Part shown: one piece after another, positions 51,501 to 64,000 of the stretch
Layout: every line of letters begins with the position of its first letter
Numbering within the stretch: position 1 is the stretch's first letter
Source: Ophelia neglecta
Lineage: Eukaryota
Length of the DNA stretch: 64,000 bases
Assembly: GCA_965285935.1 (NCBI GenBank)
Contig: OZ260665.1
Span: 49,724,001-49,788,000, forward strand
Direction of reading: 5' to 3'
Translations under genes and position numbers: made by a program
Notes under the pieces: generated by a model
What the model saw: the letters and a program-made list of their open reading frames with translations, nothing else
Databases searched by the model: none
What the model was told of the DNA's origin: nothing

Positions 51501-54500
51501 GTGTTCCTACATAATTAACCGACTCCCAGGAACAGACCACTTATGGCCATTCAATTATCATGGGTATATTTCTCCAGACAGTGTTGATGAATCAATGCTT
51601 CATAGTCGCCAACTATCCATGCTAGAAGGCAAGCAGTCGAACCAAGCTAGGTCATGGCATGTCTATCCATGCTACATCGTCCAACGTCTAGCCATGCTAT
51701 ATGGTCGCATGTCCGTAACCAGGATAGCGGGCCATGGTCGCGCGTCAATGGTAAAACAGAATGATTATCCAACTGACATTTCGTTGATATCAAACTCTCT
51801 TTCGCATTAAGTCAATTTTTTTATAATTTTTCATCGATGTACAATAAAACTGACAATACAAAAGCTCGTAGTGTTGTGATAAGTGAAGGATATAAAATTT
51901 AGGTCAGAATAAAGATACCAAACCTTCCGGAGCGACAAGCCAGTGTTGCACAATGTGGCCATGAAACTCGCCAATGCAGGAATGGAGTTTGCTATGCCAG
52001 GAGGGTTAATCCTCAAGTAGTATTTCTCTTATTTTAATATCTAAAAAGTGCCTTATAATTATATCAAAAGGCACAGCGGATGTGTTCAAAGTGTCCCAAT
52101 TGTAAACATGTATTATTTTCTTTCGATTTCATGACGAATGTCTTTTTTTAAGATGTTTTCAGCAAAAGTTTATATTAAATTGGTAGCTTGTGTATACATG
52201 TAAATCCCACTTATTCTAAAGATTGCAGTTGAATGATCCATTTGATTTCCTTGCTCAAACAAGCGGGTTACACAGGAATGTCTGCTACAGGATCTCATAA
52301 GCCATGTTGCTCCTCATTTGTAAATGCTAGGTAATTAACGAGGTCGCACCAGGTGTCGTGGACAAAGAAGAACTCAATACTCGACAAGTTGCAGCAAATG
52401 TTGGAAAAAGGTGAATGCATGGCAACTCCAGTCCTATTGTTCGTTTTTCATATAATAAGGCGTGCTATTGTCCTTCTACAACCGATGAGCACCTATCCCC
52501 ATTTTGGTAACTGTGTGCATCTTTAGGCCTAGATATGGCTGACTATAGAGATATTATCTCCCTTCCCGGCATCTTCATTGACATGATCATCCGTATCAAA
52601 TGCTTCAGCAATGCGAACTTACTTCAATCACATTTTTGTGACTAAATATATTAAATGTTTTTTTCCATTTGGTCCAAAATCTACTAAAAATATAACAGGC
52701 AATTTTTGAGTTATTTGGCAACACAAAGAACACGGTAGTCTCGTGACATAAGTACTGAACAAGACTACTCAGGTTGGCACTGATAGAGATGGTTCAACAT
52801 GGATTCCTTGGACAGTGATAGCTTGTTTCAGGCATGGAAACTGGCATCCGATAGCATTCGTACATCTCAGGAAGTCTGCTCTCTAGCTTCGTTACTTGTT
52901 GAGTTCTGACAATTAATATAATGTGCATGAAGGGTATCCGATGACCTCCATGGCACCAGATTAGTGGCTGGTGTCTGTACATAGAGGGGAATTGTGATTA
53001 ACTACTGTTTTCTCATATCCAAATGAATTGGTGGTGTCTTTTCCTGCTTAATAACCTGCCATTTGCTTTGTCCTTACATGACTGAGATGGAAATGTGCTG
53101 GTGTTTGGCATTCATCAAGGTGATGACAGGTAATAGCAGTGCTACGGACCCTAACAAGCTGGGATGTTCTTTGGGCAGCAATAGGTTATGGGGATTATGT
53201 GAAAAACAGCAGAGTAGCTGTCACTTGTGGGCGTGGCGTGAAAAGTTAAACAGAATATACCATAATTGCACGGAAACAGAAATTCACCTTATAGAATCGC
53301 ATGGCTCATCCAGGGGCAAGGGGATGGCTGTTTGTGCAACACTGAGTTGGTGTTAACCAGGAAAATCACGCATCTAGTGCATAGGATAAAGGGTCACTAT
53401 CCTAGTCGTGTGTTAGCTCTACATATTACCGCTCACTATTGACCACAGGACACATGCTTACAACAACATAAAATAAAAGTGCACACTATAGATGTAATTT
53501 TAGATAAATGAAGTTGGTGTGCGCTTATTTCAGAACGTTTATAAATGCACAGCGGAGATATTAGTGCACTCGTGCGTAGATGTATGGCGACATCTGGTGG
53601 GGGACAGCAAGAGAAGTTGGCGACTGAGGCATCTGGAGAAGAGGGCGCTCCCCAACGCTCGTGCTTACAATTGTCGTCTGCTTTACTTACGACTCTGATG
53701 AGCAAAATCAGGCTTGTTGAATCTCTTTCGTATATCCCTCACTGATATTTGTTCATAGTCTTCGTCTTCCTCGCCGCCATGATGAGGGGCATATTCAATC
53801 TGTGTGTCTGTTCAAGGCATTTTTTAATTTATTGTGCACTGAGCTTTTAGGATCAGGTTCCCATATATACATGATTGTTACTTACGTATGCCTAAGAGTG
53901 GGCTTTAGAAAGTGAGTCAAAATAAAATGTTATTTCCTGACGATGAAGTTTGTTGAAAAGTGTCTGCTTTCAAACTAAATGAGCCAAAAGTATGGCATAT
54001 TGCAAGGATGTTGTGCTGAGGAAATATAACATTTAAACGGCCCAATCTTCGACAGACTATACAAGGAGCGGCAACTTAAAAACAAAAGACTCACATAGAT
54101 AAAGCCTAAACAAAGCATTATGATTCATGATAAAGTATTACATTATAAAAAGACCATCACCTCTTCCTTAACCCGGACACAAAGTTCAAGAGGAGTTTGC
54201 GTCGGACTCGGCCATTCCAGAAATAGGGGCACAATACAAAAATGTGTATGGGCTGTTCTCACTCTACATGTAAAACTGAGATATATTACACTATTAGGAA
54301 TTAACCAAAGACGGGATAAAGTGTGTTCATCTACAGACCATTCACAAGACCATTGAGTGTTGTGTTATCAAGGCGGCAGCAGCGGCTGCACCAACGTGAG
54401 TTGAAAGGGGCGTGAAACACCGCACAAAAATGACGGGAAATAATTGTCTGCTAAATATATTCCAACAGTAAAATTAATCAGACCTATTTTCTGAGATGCA

Positions 54501-57500
54501 TTTGGGCTAGGTCCTTTTCCTTATCCCTCGATGTAATTGTTAATCAATGCCTCAAAACCACTTGTCACATCCGTTAGCAATATGTACAAGGAGTATTCCA
54601 ATGGTGGGTGCTACGAGATCAACAGTCTAAGTCTGGAAATCAGCCCCTGGGAATGACTTCAATTTACTAGTCAATGTCTAATTATAATTTTTATGATAAT
54701 ACTGGCTGGTTAAATTGCTTTCTGGCTTCTTGCAGTGCGAAAACACGAAGTTGCACCATTTTGGAGCACGTGGTATCTCACCAGTGGCAGTCTGCATGGT
54801 TTCTATACTGGTATACATGAGAGCTGTTCAACGGATGTTAGTATTTAGTGCAGGTGTTTGGGATCACATTGTCTACCAGAACAGCCATGTCCATAATTAT
54901 TAATGTCTTTACCGATACTGTATTTGTCTTTGACATTAACGTTGAAATACGAAAGACGTTTGCATTTTAAATTGCATAGCCACCTTATACAGCCGTTTAG
55001 TAGTTCTTATAGTACGTCCCTTTCACAGCAGTTATCCATTGACATCGTCCTTAGTATGTTAAGTGAAGAGGTTTTGCAACTTTATTTTTGCTTCTGAAAA
55101 TGTGCCTCTAATTCTGGAATGACCGACCACTAAGGCCTCCAATGACCGACCACTAAGGCCTCCAATGACCGACCACTGAGGCCTCTAATGACTGACAAAT
55201 AAGGCCGCTAAGCACTTTCAAGTGATTTTTGGACTATGGCGGTTCATCAGTTCGTCAGTTCGTTTATTTCATTCTTGCGCACCATGCCGCCCCCCATCCA
55301 CACGACCTACCTTGATAAGGAGGGGCTGGTTGCGTGAAACTCTTTTTCAGATCGTGGACGGAAGCGGGCTGATATTCCTCTTCGTATCCGGCATCCCTTC
55401 CTGGCTCCCAGACGGCGTGGTCAAGGGTCTGTTGGACGCGGTGGAGCATGCCGCCGCCCGAGCCTTGGGGTCGATAACCCCCGCCGCCCCCACCACCATG
55501 GTGGGAGTAATCGGCCCCATACATGGGGCCACCGCCTCCCAAACGTGAGAGAGATGACATAGGCTTAGTGGGGTACGTTCCTAAGGGTGGAGCAGGCTTC
55601 AGAGCAGAGGTGTCTGACGGACGGGAACGGACGTACTGAAACAACAAGAGGTAAACAAAACATGTTAAATATGTCTTGAAATTTACACATACCAATACTT
55701 ATAAATATGCCAGAACACGATGATCATGACTTTAATACCTTGCATAGGAAGTAGGCTATCTAAGGCCGGCTAATAATAAGATAAATTAACCAGAACGCCC
55801 TAATGACTGAATAATGTGAAAAGGCCTCGTTCTTTAAGAAAGTTTGTATCTTATCAACTTGAACGTTTGGGTGTCTGTTCATTTCAAGATTTCAGTTTGT
55901 TAATAAAAAAAAAAACAATAATCCATAATAGGAAAGTGTGATGGGAATAGCGTCCGAGGGGCATATTAGGGGTAAACAGGACAGCCATCATTTAAGAAGA
56001 CACTAGGCAAAAGACATAGTTCATTTTCATCATCCTCAATTTAAGTTTACAGAAGAGCTAGCCCACAGAAAGTTCATGCAATCGGTGTTCTAAAAAACAG
56101 TATATGAATTTATTATTTTAGTTTATATCTAAGGGCAATTTGGGTTGAAACTCCTATATTGACAAATATGCCATTTTTCCTTTACCTCGATATCCGTTTA
56201 TTGAATATATCACCATATATTTAGCATTTTTAAGTTTTCAATGGGGCAATGCCAATTAAGTAGCCATGTATAGTAGCAAGAAACTATATCTAATTTGTAT
56301 AGTAAAAATAATGAATATTCCTGGTTGATATATATATATATTATACAGGTCAAGGTGGTCATCTGAGCGCTTAGAATGCAGAGTCAATTTTCAATAATCT
56401 TATTAAAAAGTTTTTATAATTGGCTAGTTTAAAGGTTACTATCTGATATAAAAATATTGCTGTAGTCTCAAAAAGAATTCCATCATTACTAAACATGTTA
56501 GACCCTCTATTTTATCTGTGTGTCAGCGTAAACTGTATTATTTTTCAGTGATTTCTGCCAAATCGTGGCTAAATCCTGTATTATTCCTAGGCTAAATTGA
56601 CAGTTTATGATACATTATTGCAAAAGAATAAACAGAAAGTAAGTTTATGAGTACACGCTGCTCCGCCTTAATTGCCAAGGTTACACTTGGAATGATTTTT
56701 TTTCAAATGAAATTCGTGGATAGAATTTACTAAGATTATTTTAACCACAGTAATAACATAATTAAGTTAACGAGATCCATAAACTGGAGTTGTTTCCTGT
56801 GGTTCATGGGAGCGGCCCCATCTCCTAGAATGATTATTATTTACAACCAGCAAAGCGCAATAGCCTGGCTGAATTGAAAGGTTAATACGCAAATAAAATG
56901 CAAAAATAGTACATAGCAACGGTGCAATTTTGTGCCTGAAAATAAATCAGTCGAAAAATAACGCTTTCATTTTTTAGTAAGGGTTAAGTCGGCAAATTTT
57001 CAAGTTGTCACTTTTTAAAATAGCTTGTCCATCTCTTCATTTATAACAGATAAAGCATCGGCCCTGTCGTCTCACTCGTGTTAAACATTTCTAGAGGCAC
57101 ATTGTTAAACGAGGCTTATGTCACCGAAATCGAGGTCTGCCAATTTTTTGCTATTGCGTAGCTTTATTGTTGCCAAAATATAAACGAGCTCGAAGAATCA
57201 TCAGCCATTTTAGTGATTTATAGACAGTGCTTCCAAATGTATTTATGTTCAATGGTGTAATCATTTTTGCAGCGTTGAACTACTCTCATCTGTTCCATCC
57301 TATCTACTGGCCGGAAATTTCATCAGGCCCAACATATCTCATACCAGTGAAACAGCCTAGTTGAGGCGTAAAATTCCAGATTGACTTCTTTCCGTCGCGA
57401 GTTTAGAGAACGGGGTATGTCTGCTCCTAGCTTGGGATAGATAGCACGTGTTTGTCTGACGGTTAAGCACTTGGTATGAACCATAATAAAATCTCCCAAT

Positions 57501-59196
57501 TCACATATACCTGTCCGACTTAAATACCAGCGCCGTACATACAGACATGTACCGGTTCGACTGTTTTCACTTCGCGACAAAAAAAAAAGGGTTCAAAAGT
57601 TATTTCATACTACTGTTTTGTTATTAGTGTAGTTTTATTTATTATTAACATATTGTCATTTAGATAGATTCAAGGTCGAGACATTCACCTTTACGACGGG
57701 GTGGGTGCAGCTAGTAGGGTATAATGCAGGATATCCGAGGAAACTTTGGTTGTTGGAGGTGAATTATTAAATGCATTCTAGCCAATCAAAGAACTATTCA
57801 TTTGGGCGATTGGCTCACATAACAAAACAGGGCAATATGTCAAACTTATTGGAATTTTTTCAGCCTTCACCTTGGGTAAGACTTGATACCTTTGTATTTA
57901 CGTACTCATTCCGAATACCTTCACTTTCGATGCGAGTTTTGGTGCAGAGAGGCTAAATTTAGACGATATTCCTGTGTGCTGATTGCCGTGCTCTGAACGG
58001 CTGCAGAGGACCACAAGGTGAATAAATAGCGACTTCGACTCCCTGGCTCACCGTTCTACAAGCACTTCTTGTATCTTGTTTTCTCTCCGTGTATTTACCA
58101 CATAGCAACGAATAATGTTGCGTTAAATACAGATAAAGTATCTCAGGCACCAGCTAGTAGAGCCCAGCAAGCGTTGTGAACATCTCTGTGATAAAATCCA
58201 CACTCGTGGAATGTTCGCCCAAGTCTTAAGTTCAAACTTCGAGAATACTCAAAGCAATGTAGCCTGATCAGGCCCTACGATCATCTCTAGGGTTACAAGA
58301 GGACTACATATTAGACAATTAAGTTAAAAAAACAGATCACCAAAATGTCTGTAGTAAATCACTGTAACATTTAAGTCTATCGTTTTTCAAGAGTTGACAT
58401 ACATTTGTCGATGATGTTCAACAGATTCTACTATTTTTTTTTTTAGACATATGCCCTATATATAACTTTAGTTACGTCATATAACATCATTTTTCGTACC
58501 GGCCCCGACGGGCACTAGTCGACAGAGCACCTTATGCTGTAAAATTATGGTTTTTTAGGTGGGTGGGGCTTATTCCTATATGAAATATAAATAAATAAAT
58601 AATACTAGGATTATGTATGTTTTTCCTTCAAATCCACACGATATATGTAGTGGAAGCTAAAATTGAAAATCAATATAAGCTCGAGACAGCACTGTAAATA
58701 TTCATCTTAATGTATACGCTCCATTACTAGCTTTTCATGACGTGTTTCAGCGTAGACCCATTTTAAATCTGTAGGATATATTTTCAAGAATAAAATGGCA
58801 CCTGGTCAGTATTTTTTGTTTTAGTTTATAGATCTATTTAAATAGCATAAATTGAATTATATTGTTAAAATATAGCAGGGGGCAAGGATTCTGAGTAAAA
58901 TATTTCAGGCAAAATGTTTAAAAAAAATTGTTTCGTCGGTATGTTTGACGTAGAATTTTACAATTGTCTGAATTTCTTTTTCAGCATAGCAAATTAAGAT
59001 TGGTTATTTGGGGTCAATAATCTCAAGGTTATCACACTTTTGTAGAGATGTCTAACCGTTAGATTAGGGATCACGAAGGGTATTCAATACAGTCAAGGCA
59101 AGAATGGTACTGAGTAGTTTTATTTTTACCTGAGGTGCTGCTGGGGTGGAGAAGGTCGTCGGAGGTGGCGAGGTGGTCCTAGCGCGAGAGGCAGAC
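48569..59196 (-). CDS. ZASP-motif (ZM) protein, PDLIM/ALP/Zasp-like, 3' portion (5' exons, presumably PDZ, not found in window)
   Basis: Exons 59196-59130, either 55635-55311 or 53799-53691, optional 50483-50367, 49785-49152, 48851-48569. ZM motif KVAHLQYNTPIGLYSRENV; ALP-type motifs QSSVFALIAEEE and QSRSMQALE. The first visible exon starts in phase 2, so upstream coding exons are required. Confidence 0.8.
55118..55206. repeat. 23-bp tandem repeat x~4
   Basis: aatgaccgaccactaaggcctcc at 55118, 55141, 55164 and diverged at 55187. Confidence 0.9.
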
Positions 59197-59740
59197 CTGA
59201 AACAGACAGAAAAAACTAATGCAACCGAGGATCTTTAAACCTACGGCTTATCTCATGGCGGCTATTCCATTAATTAAACAGAAACAAATATCCTTTGCAA
59301 ATGGTTTCAGACGATATATCCTTCACAAACACTTGGCCTAATGCTTTTGAATAATCACCGAGGACCAACCAGACAGCAATCAGGTAAGCACTAAGGAGAG
59401 AGGGCCAGAACTGATATAGTAGGCCTCGTAGTACAGACGGGCAGGTACACCTCCACAACACTGGATGCGACCAACAGTCTGACGGGCCCCAAACTGTAAA
59501 GATATTGAGGGGGCTACTACCGGCTTTTCAGCTGGCTGCCCTACTACGAGCCGACTAAAAAGTTCTCAAGAAAGCAGGGCTAGGTAGTCCGAGGAGAGTG
59601 GGTAGTTGCTTGGCCGGCAGCGAGCGAGAGGGAAGGTTCGTGGCGTCGTCGGATCTACCTACACTATAGTACGAAGGCATACACCCGTCACTCAAACCTC
59701 AGCGCAGATTTCACGGATTCCGATGCTTTCCCAATAACTT

Positions 59741-59925
59741 CCATTTTTGGACGCAGTCTCTCGCTTCTTGACTTTAATTTTTTGGATGGGCTATACTTCC
59801 TTATTACTAAATAACTGATATCGTTCTTCAATTATATTCTAAAGGTATTAAATCTCTAGTGAATTAGTTAGAAATAATAGGAGTAAGATATAATTTTGGC
59901 GTCTGTGACCAGGCACTATTTTTAG
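59741..59925. promoter_or_regulatory. Putative muscle enhancer: CArG box + MEF2 site
   Basis: CCATTTTTGG (59741-59750, CC[A/T]6GG) and CTATTTTTAG (59916-59925, YTA[A/T]4TAR) within a CpG-richer intronic block. Confidence 0.4.
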
Positions 59926-60367
59926 TGCGCCACAACCAGGGAAACAGGATCCTGGCTATAGGCCGGGAAGATGGCAAGAAGTCGGTTGCCAGTCGGATGT
60001 TGCTATGGTAACGAGCGATAAGTGGAGGAGCTGTAGTTGAGCGTGCCAAGAAATCGACATCAGACAACACCTGACCGGCTCGGATCCATTCAATTACCAT
60101 TCGATAGGGTTTTTAAGTACACGTGTTCAACGGGGAAAGGTGTATCAGGGTGCTTTTGTTTTTATTGCCTAAATTGAGTCGCCACTGTTCTTTAATATAA
60201 CTAGACCCATTAAACATTCACAGTACTCTATTATCCTTTTTTTATTTGGTTTATACTCCTTATATAGCTCCGTGTGTCCAAAGGGCCTGCCTTATGCCTG
60301 CCTGACCATATAATAATCAATTGTTATGACGACCTTCGGCATTTAATTACTATTTCCTGGATCCATC

Positions 60368-60440
60368 AAGCAATTAACCAATCAATTGACCATACAGTTA
60401 ATCAAAAATCAATAACTCAATCAATCGATCAATCAATCAA
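60368..60440. repeat. Degenerate (TCAA)n microsatellite
   Basis: caattaaccaatcaattgacc...tcaatcaatcgatcaatcaatcaa. Confidence 0.6.
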
Positions 60441-61740
60441 AAGTGAGTTTGATAAAATCTCATTGGCCTAAGTATTTTCACGCAGAGGGTTTTTGTCGAT
60501 CTTTTGTCTTTTTCTTCAAAATAAACGTATGCCATATCTGGAATGGGAAATGTGTAGGATACAAGACGAATTGAGAATTTGCCCCAAACTAATCGCGCAC
60601 TTGGTGAATTCTTCGATACAATCAGGAGTAGCTTTGAAGTCTTCGTTGAACTTTATGGAGAAGACCAACTGGACATAACAGAGGCGTTCGCGACGGAACC
60701 ACGAGTCCTGGAACCATTAAGAAAGACCCTAAGAGCTCTTGCCAATATCATGAACCATTCTACTACAACAGACAGGAATCACAATGAATAGCAACCTGTC
60801 TACGTTACATCTGCCAACTGGAATATCGAACACAAATCGACGAAAGCTAGCCCATCTCACTTAAAAACATATGTGTATGCTGTAAAATGCCGGAGCACAT
60901 CATGGTACATGCTGACTGGAATCTACCAAACCAAGCACCTTCTGGCCAACTCCGCCTCTGGATTAGGGGAAGACACACTTCTCCCTAAATAAATTCGTAT
61001 TAATTCTGCGATTGTTTAACTATAATCAATACAGTATACTACAACTTTTATCAAACATATGCCGTCATATAAGCTGTATAAATAATGATAAAAGCCTAAT
61101 GACCAACAGAAGGGAATTTCGCCTCAGCAAATTTTTGATCAGAGTAAAAAAAATCTTACTCGGATCGTGTCCCACCAGTTGGAGATGAAAGATCAATATC
61201 AGGCTCGAGACAGATGGCAGTAAGCTGGCAAATCAGGGCTGGCCAAGTTTGTTAAGTGTTCAACCCAATGGCTAACAAAGTTGGGCAGGATTTAAAGACT
61301 CGCCAATTTCGCCAACAATACTTTTCCTGTCATTGAGATGGTAAGTAACTTTAGCTCTATTTGGAGTTAAAGTAACGCTGTTTGCTTGGCTTGGGACTAT
61401 TGGAGTCTTGGCAATTACGATAGCTTACGATGAAGCGTTATTATTTAGTCAATGGATAGCATTTATCAACTTATAGCTGATTGCACATACTGATATTAAA
61501 CTAAAACTCAATGTACCTTCGTTTTTTAATCACAGACGCTTAGGTCAAAATATTTATCCAGTATCCTGGTGTTCATTTTATAACACTTGGGCTTTTTATG
61601 TGAAGTATGAAATATTTCAGGGCCGACCAACAAAAGATTTCTAAAAAGTATTATTGAAACAAATTTAAATCCCTACACCACATAGGTACACAGGAAAAAT
61701 AAAACTCCTTCGCGCGGCTGTTATGTCCGTACACTTCACT

Positions 61741-62380
61741 AATTCTCTTCTCCATCTGCTCATTGATTCTCTTCTCCAACTTCTCCTTCAGCTGCTGTCT
61801 GATTCTCTTCTCCAAGTGCGATTAGATTCTCTTTTCCAGTCGCTCTTGGATTCTCTACTGTTGTTTGGTTCTCAACTGCTGTTTGATTCTCTACTGCTGT
61901 TTTATTCTCAACTGCTGTTTTATTCTCTACTCTATTTGATTCTCTACAGCTGTTTAATTCTCTACTGCTGTTTTATTCTCTACTCTATTTGATTCTATAC
62001 TGCTGTTTTATTCTCTACTGCTGTTTTATTCTCTACTCTATTTGATTCTCTACTGCTGTTTTAATCTTTACTGCTGTTTTATTCATTACCGCTGTTCGAT
62101 TCTCTACTGTTGTTTGATTTTATATTCTACTGCTGTTTGATTCTCTTCTCCAAATGCTATTTTATTCTATTTTCCAACTGCTCTTGGAATCTCTTCACCA
62201 ACTGCTACTCCAGCAACTCGTCCCAAAATCCTCTTTCATACTCTTCTCTTGCTCTTTGATTCTCTTCTCCAATGCTGTTAGATTCTCATCTCCAAATGCT
62301 AAATAATTCTCTTAATCACTGCTCTTGGATTATGTCCTCTACATTCTATTTCACCAAATCTTGTCTAACTGCTGTTAGAT
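61741..62380. repeat. Degenerate CT-rich minisatellite (15-24-bp units)
   Basis: Many variants of gattctcttctccaactgctgttt, attctctactgctgtttt and attctctactctatttg. Confidence 0.85.
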
Positions 62381-64000
62381 TCACATGTGACAGTACCGCG
62401 TCCCATCAATCACATTTTACTTACACAACTTCTCCTAGCACCCAATAAGTAAATTCCCCTTTATGAAATACGTAGACTGCTAATTAAATATAGTTGCATC
62501 TGCCTTAACGAAGAAATGTCGAGCGGCCAGTGTCGATTATATCATCAACTTTTATCTTCTAACTTTTTAACCAACAAATAAATATTTGACAACAGCTGAA
62601 CTATATGATTAGTATATGTAGGCCTATTAGCTGGCAAAGAAACTTGCCCCTGATAAAATAACATTAACAAGCATCGCTGCATCAACCTTTTGATTTTTTT
62701 ACCCATGTGACGTAACATGTGATGGATTAACCCTGATTTATTGAGCTCAAACGTCAAAAAGATACTCAAAGCAATGTTTCATTTTGCAATATACTATTGC
62801 CTGTAGCTGGCTCGATATACCTGTGCCATTCCCTTGGAGCAACTATTTAGAAAACTAAGATGAAGCTACCAAGAGATCTCTCATCTCCTGCGAAGGTATT
62901 TAAGAAGCGAGCTGAATTTATTACAAATGCCAGCGGCCTACTCGCATTAATAGAATGCTACGAGGGAGCGGGATACTTCTCTGAGGCCGGGATGAAAACA
63001 ATGCAAGCAGACACATATATACCCAGTCTTCCGAGATAACAAATACTGTGAATGGTAGGCAACTCAAATAAAACTTTCTATAAACTTTTTTTCTGGACCA
63101 TCACATACACATACAATAGTAAATGTACGCGTCTTTAATTTAAGTGCAGGAAAGGCAAGCTCATACAACAGTACCCTAGTATCTAGATGAAGCTTGATCC
63201 ATTAATTTTTCAGTGTGCTTCGGGAAACTCGAGATTGTGGTTAAATGTGCAGGTGCAATGATTATATTGGGTAATGTGTGTTTCCTTGATTTAAAGAAAA
63301 CGGATATTTCCGTAGTTTTCGCAAATTATGGCTGCTCTCGGAGGAGTTCCTCTAGCGAGTGATATAACGATTCCGTATACATAAAGGGGATTACTTTTAA
63401 AAGCTAGGTCTACTGAAGAAAAGTGTTATATAATCACCCCGATTTGTGAATATTATGTGAAACTTGGATGAAACATTTCTCACAGTTAAGCAGTAAGTGG
63501 TCTGAATCGTAAGAAATGTACGGGATTTATTACACTGCCATAAATGCCAGTAAAGGGTAACGTGTTAGCAGTTTACAGACTAGATATTGCGCAGAACTAC
63601 TTCCATTTTTTTGGCAGAAGAACAGTCACTGTAGGGCACAGTGGTTCCATCTGGGGAAGACATGGCAAAACATTAGAAGTTGCAGCGCCAAAGGCTTAGG
63701 CCTACTGTTGCCAACAGATGTCGCCTTTACAAGTAGTACAAAAATGTCTATCATTCGTTTTATTTCGATGTGCTGCAGGTTTAACCTTATTTTGTTGGAT
63801 ACATGCCACCGGTAACCATTCAACATGGGGTATCTATGCCAGATATGTCCGCAATATATATTAGCAGACATGACCATTCCACCTCAAGCACCAATAATAA
63901 TATAGCCCATAAGTCGTTGCGGTTTAGTACAAATTCGACATATTGGTATATTTTTGTATCATGTTCGAGGACACCAATAGATACTAAACCCTACTTTATA

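Noticed and set aside
55118-55206. CRISPR-like array (also 3070-3313, 10106-10214)
   Set aside because: Head-to-tail repeats without unique spacers, eukaryotic context, no cas genes
60493-60960. Coding-like stretch inside the ZM gene region
   Set aside because: Short interrupted frames with no identifiable domain; possibly a TE relic but not supportable

Overview
AT-rich, intron-containing animal genomic DNA, probably a marine invertebrate (inference from gene content and repeats). Most ORF-track entries are spurious; real genes had to be assembled across splice sites. 1-13 kb holds no convincing protein gene: repeats, a tRNA-derived SINE, MITEs and apparent non-coding spliced units. It is followed by three tandem, intact PhyH-family Fe(II)/2-oxoglutarate dioxygenase genes (14.2-28.6 kb, +), which use three GC-AG introns and differ in intron number. 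Next is a tandem pair of secreted-protein genes built on a duplicated ~110-aa Trp/Cys domain I cannot name: copy A adds EGF and Sushi modules, while copy B is truncated by a stop and its EGF exon is decaying. Then comes an ankyrin-repeat/SOCS-box gene (+), tail-to-tail with the 3' part of a LIM-less ZASP-motif (PDLIM/Zasp-like) gene (-). The latter shows phase-enforced mutually exclusive exons, a cassette exon and an intronic CArG+MEF2 site pair. LINE remnants and minisatellites are interspersed, and the palindromes TAGGCCTA and TACATGTA are over-represented, resembling transposon excision footprints.
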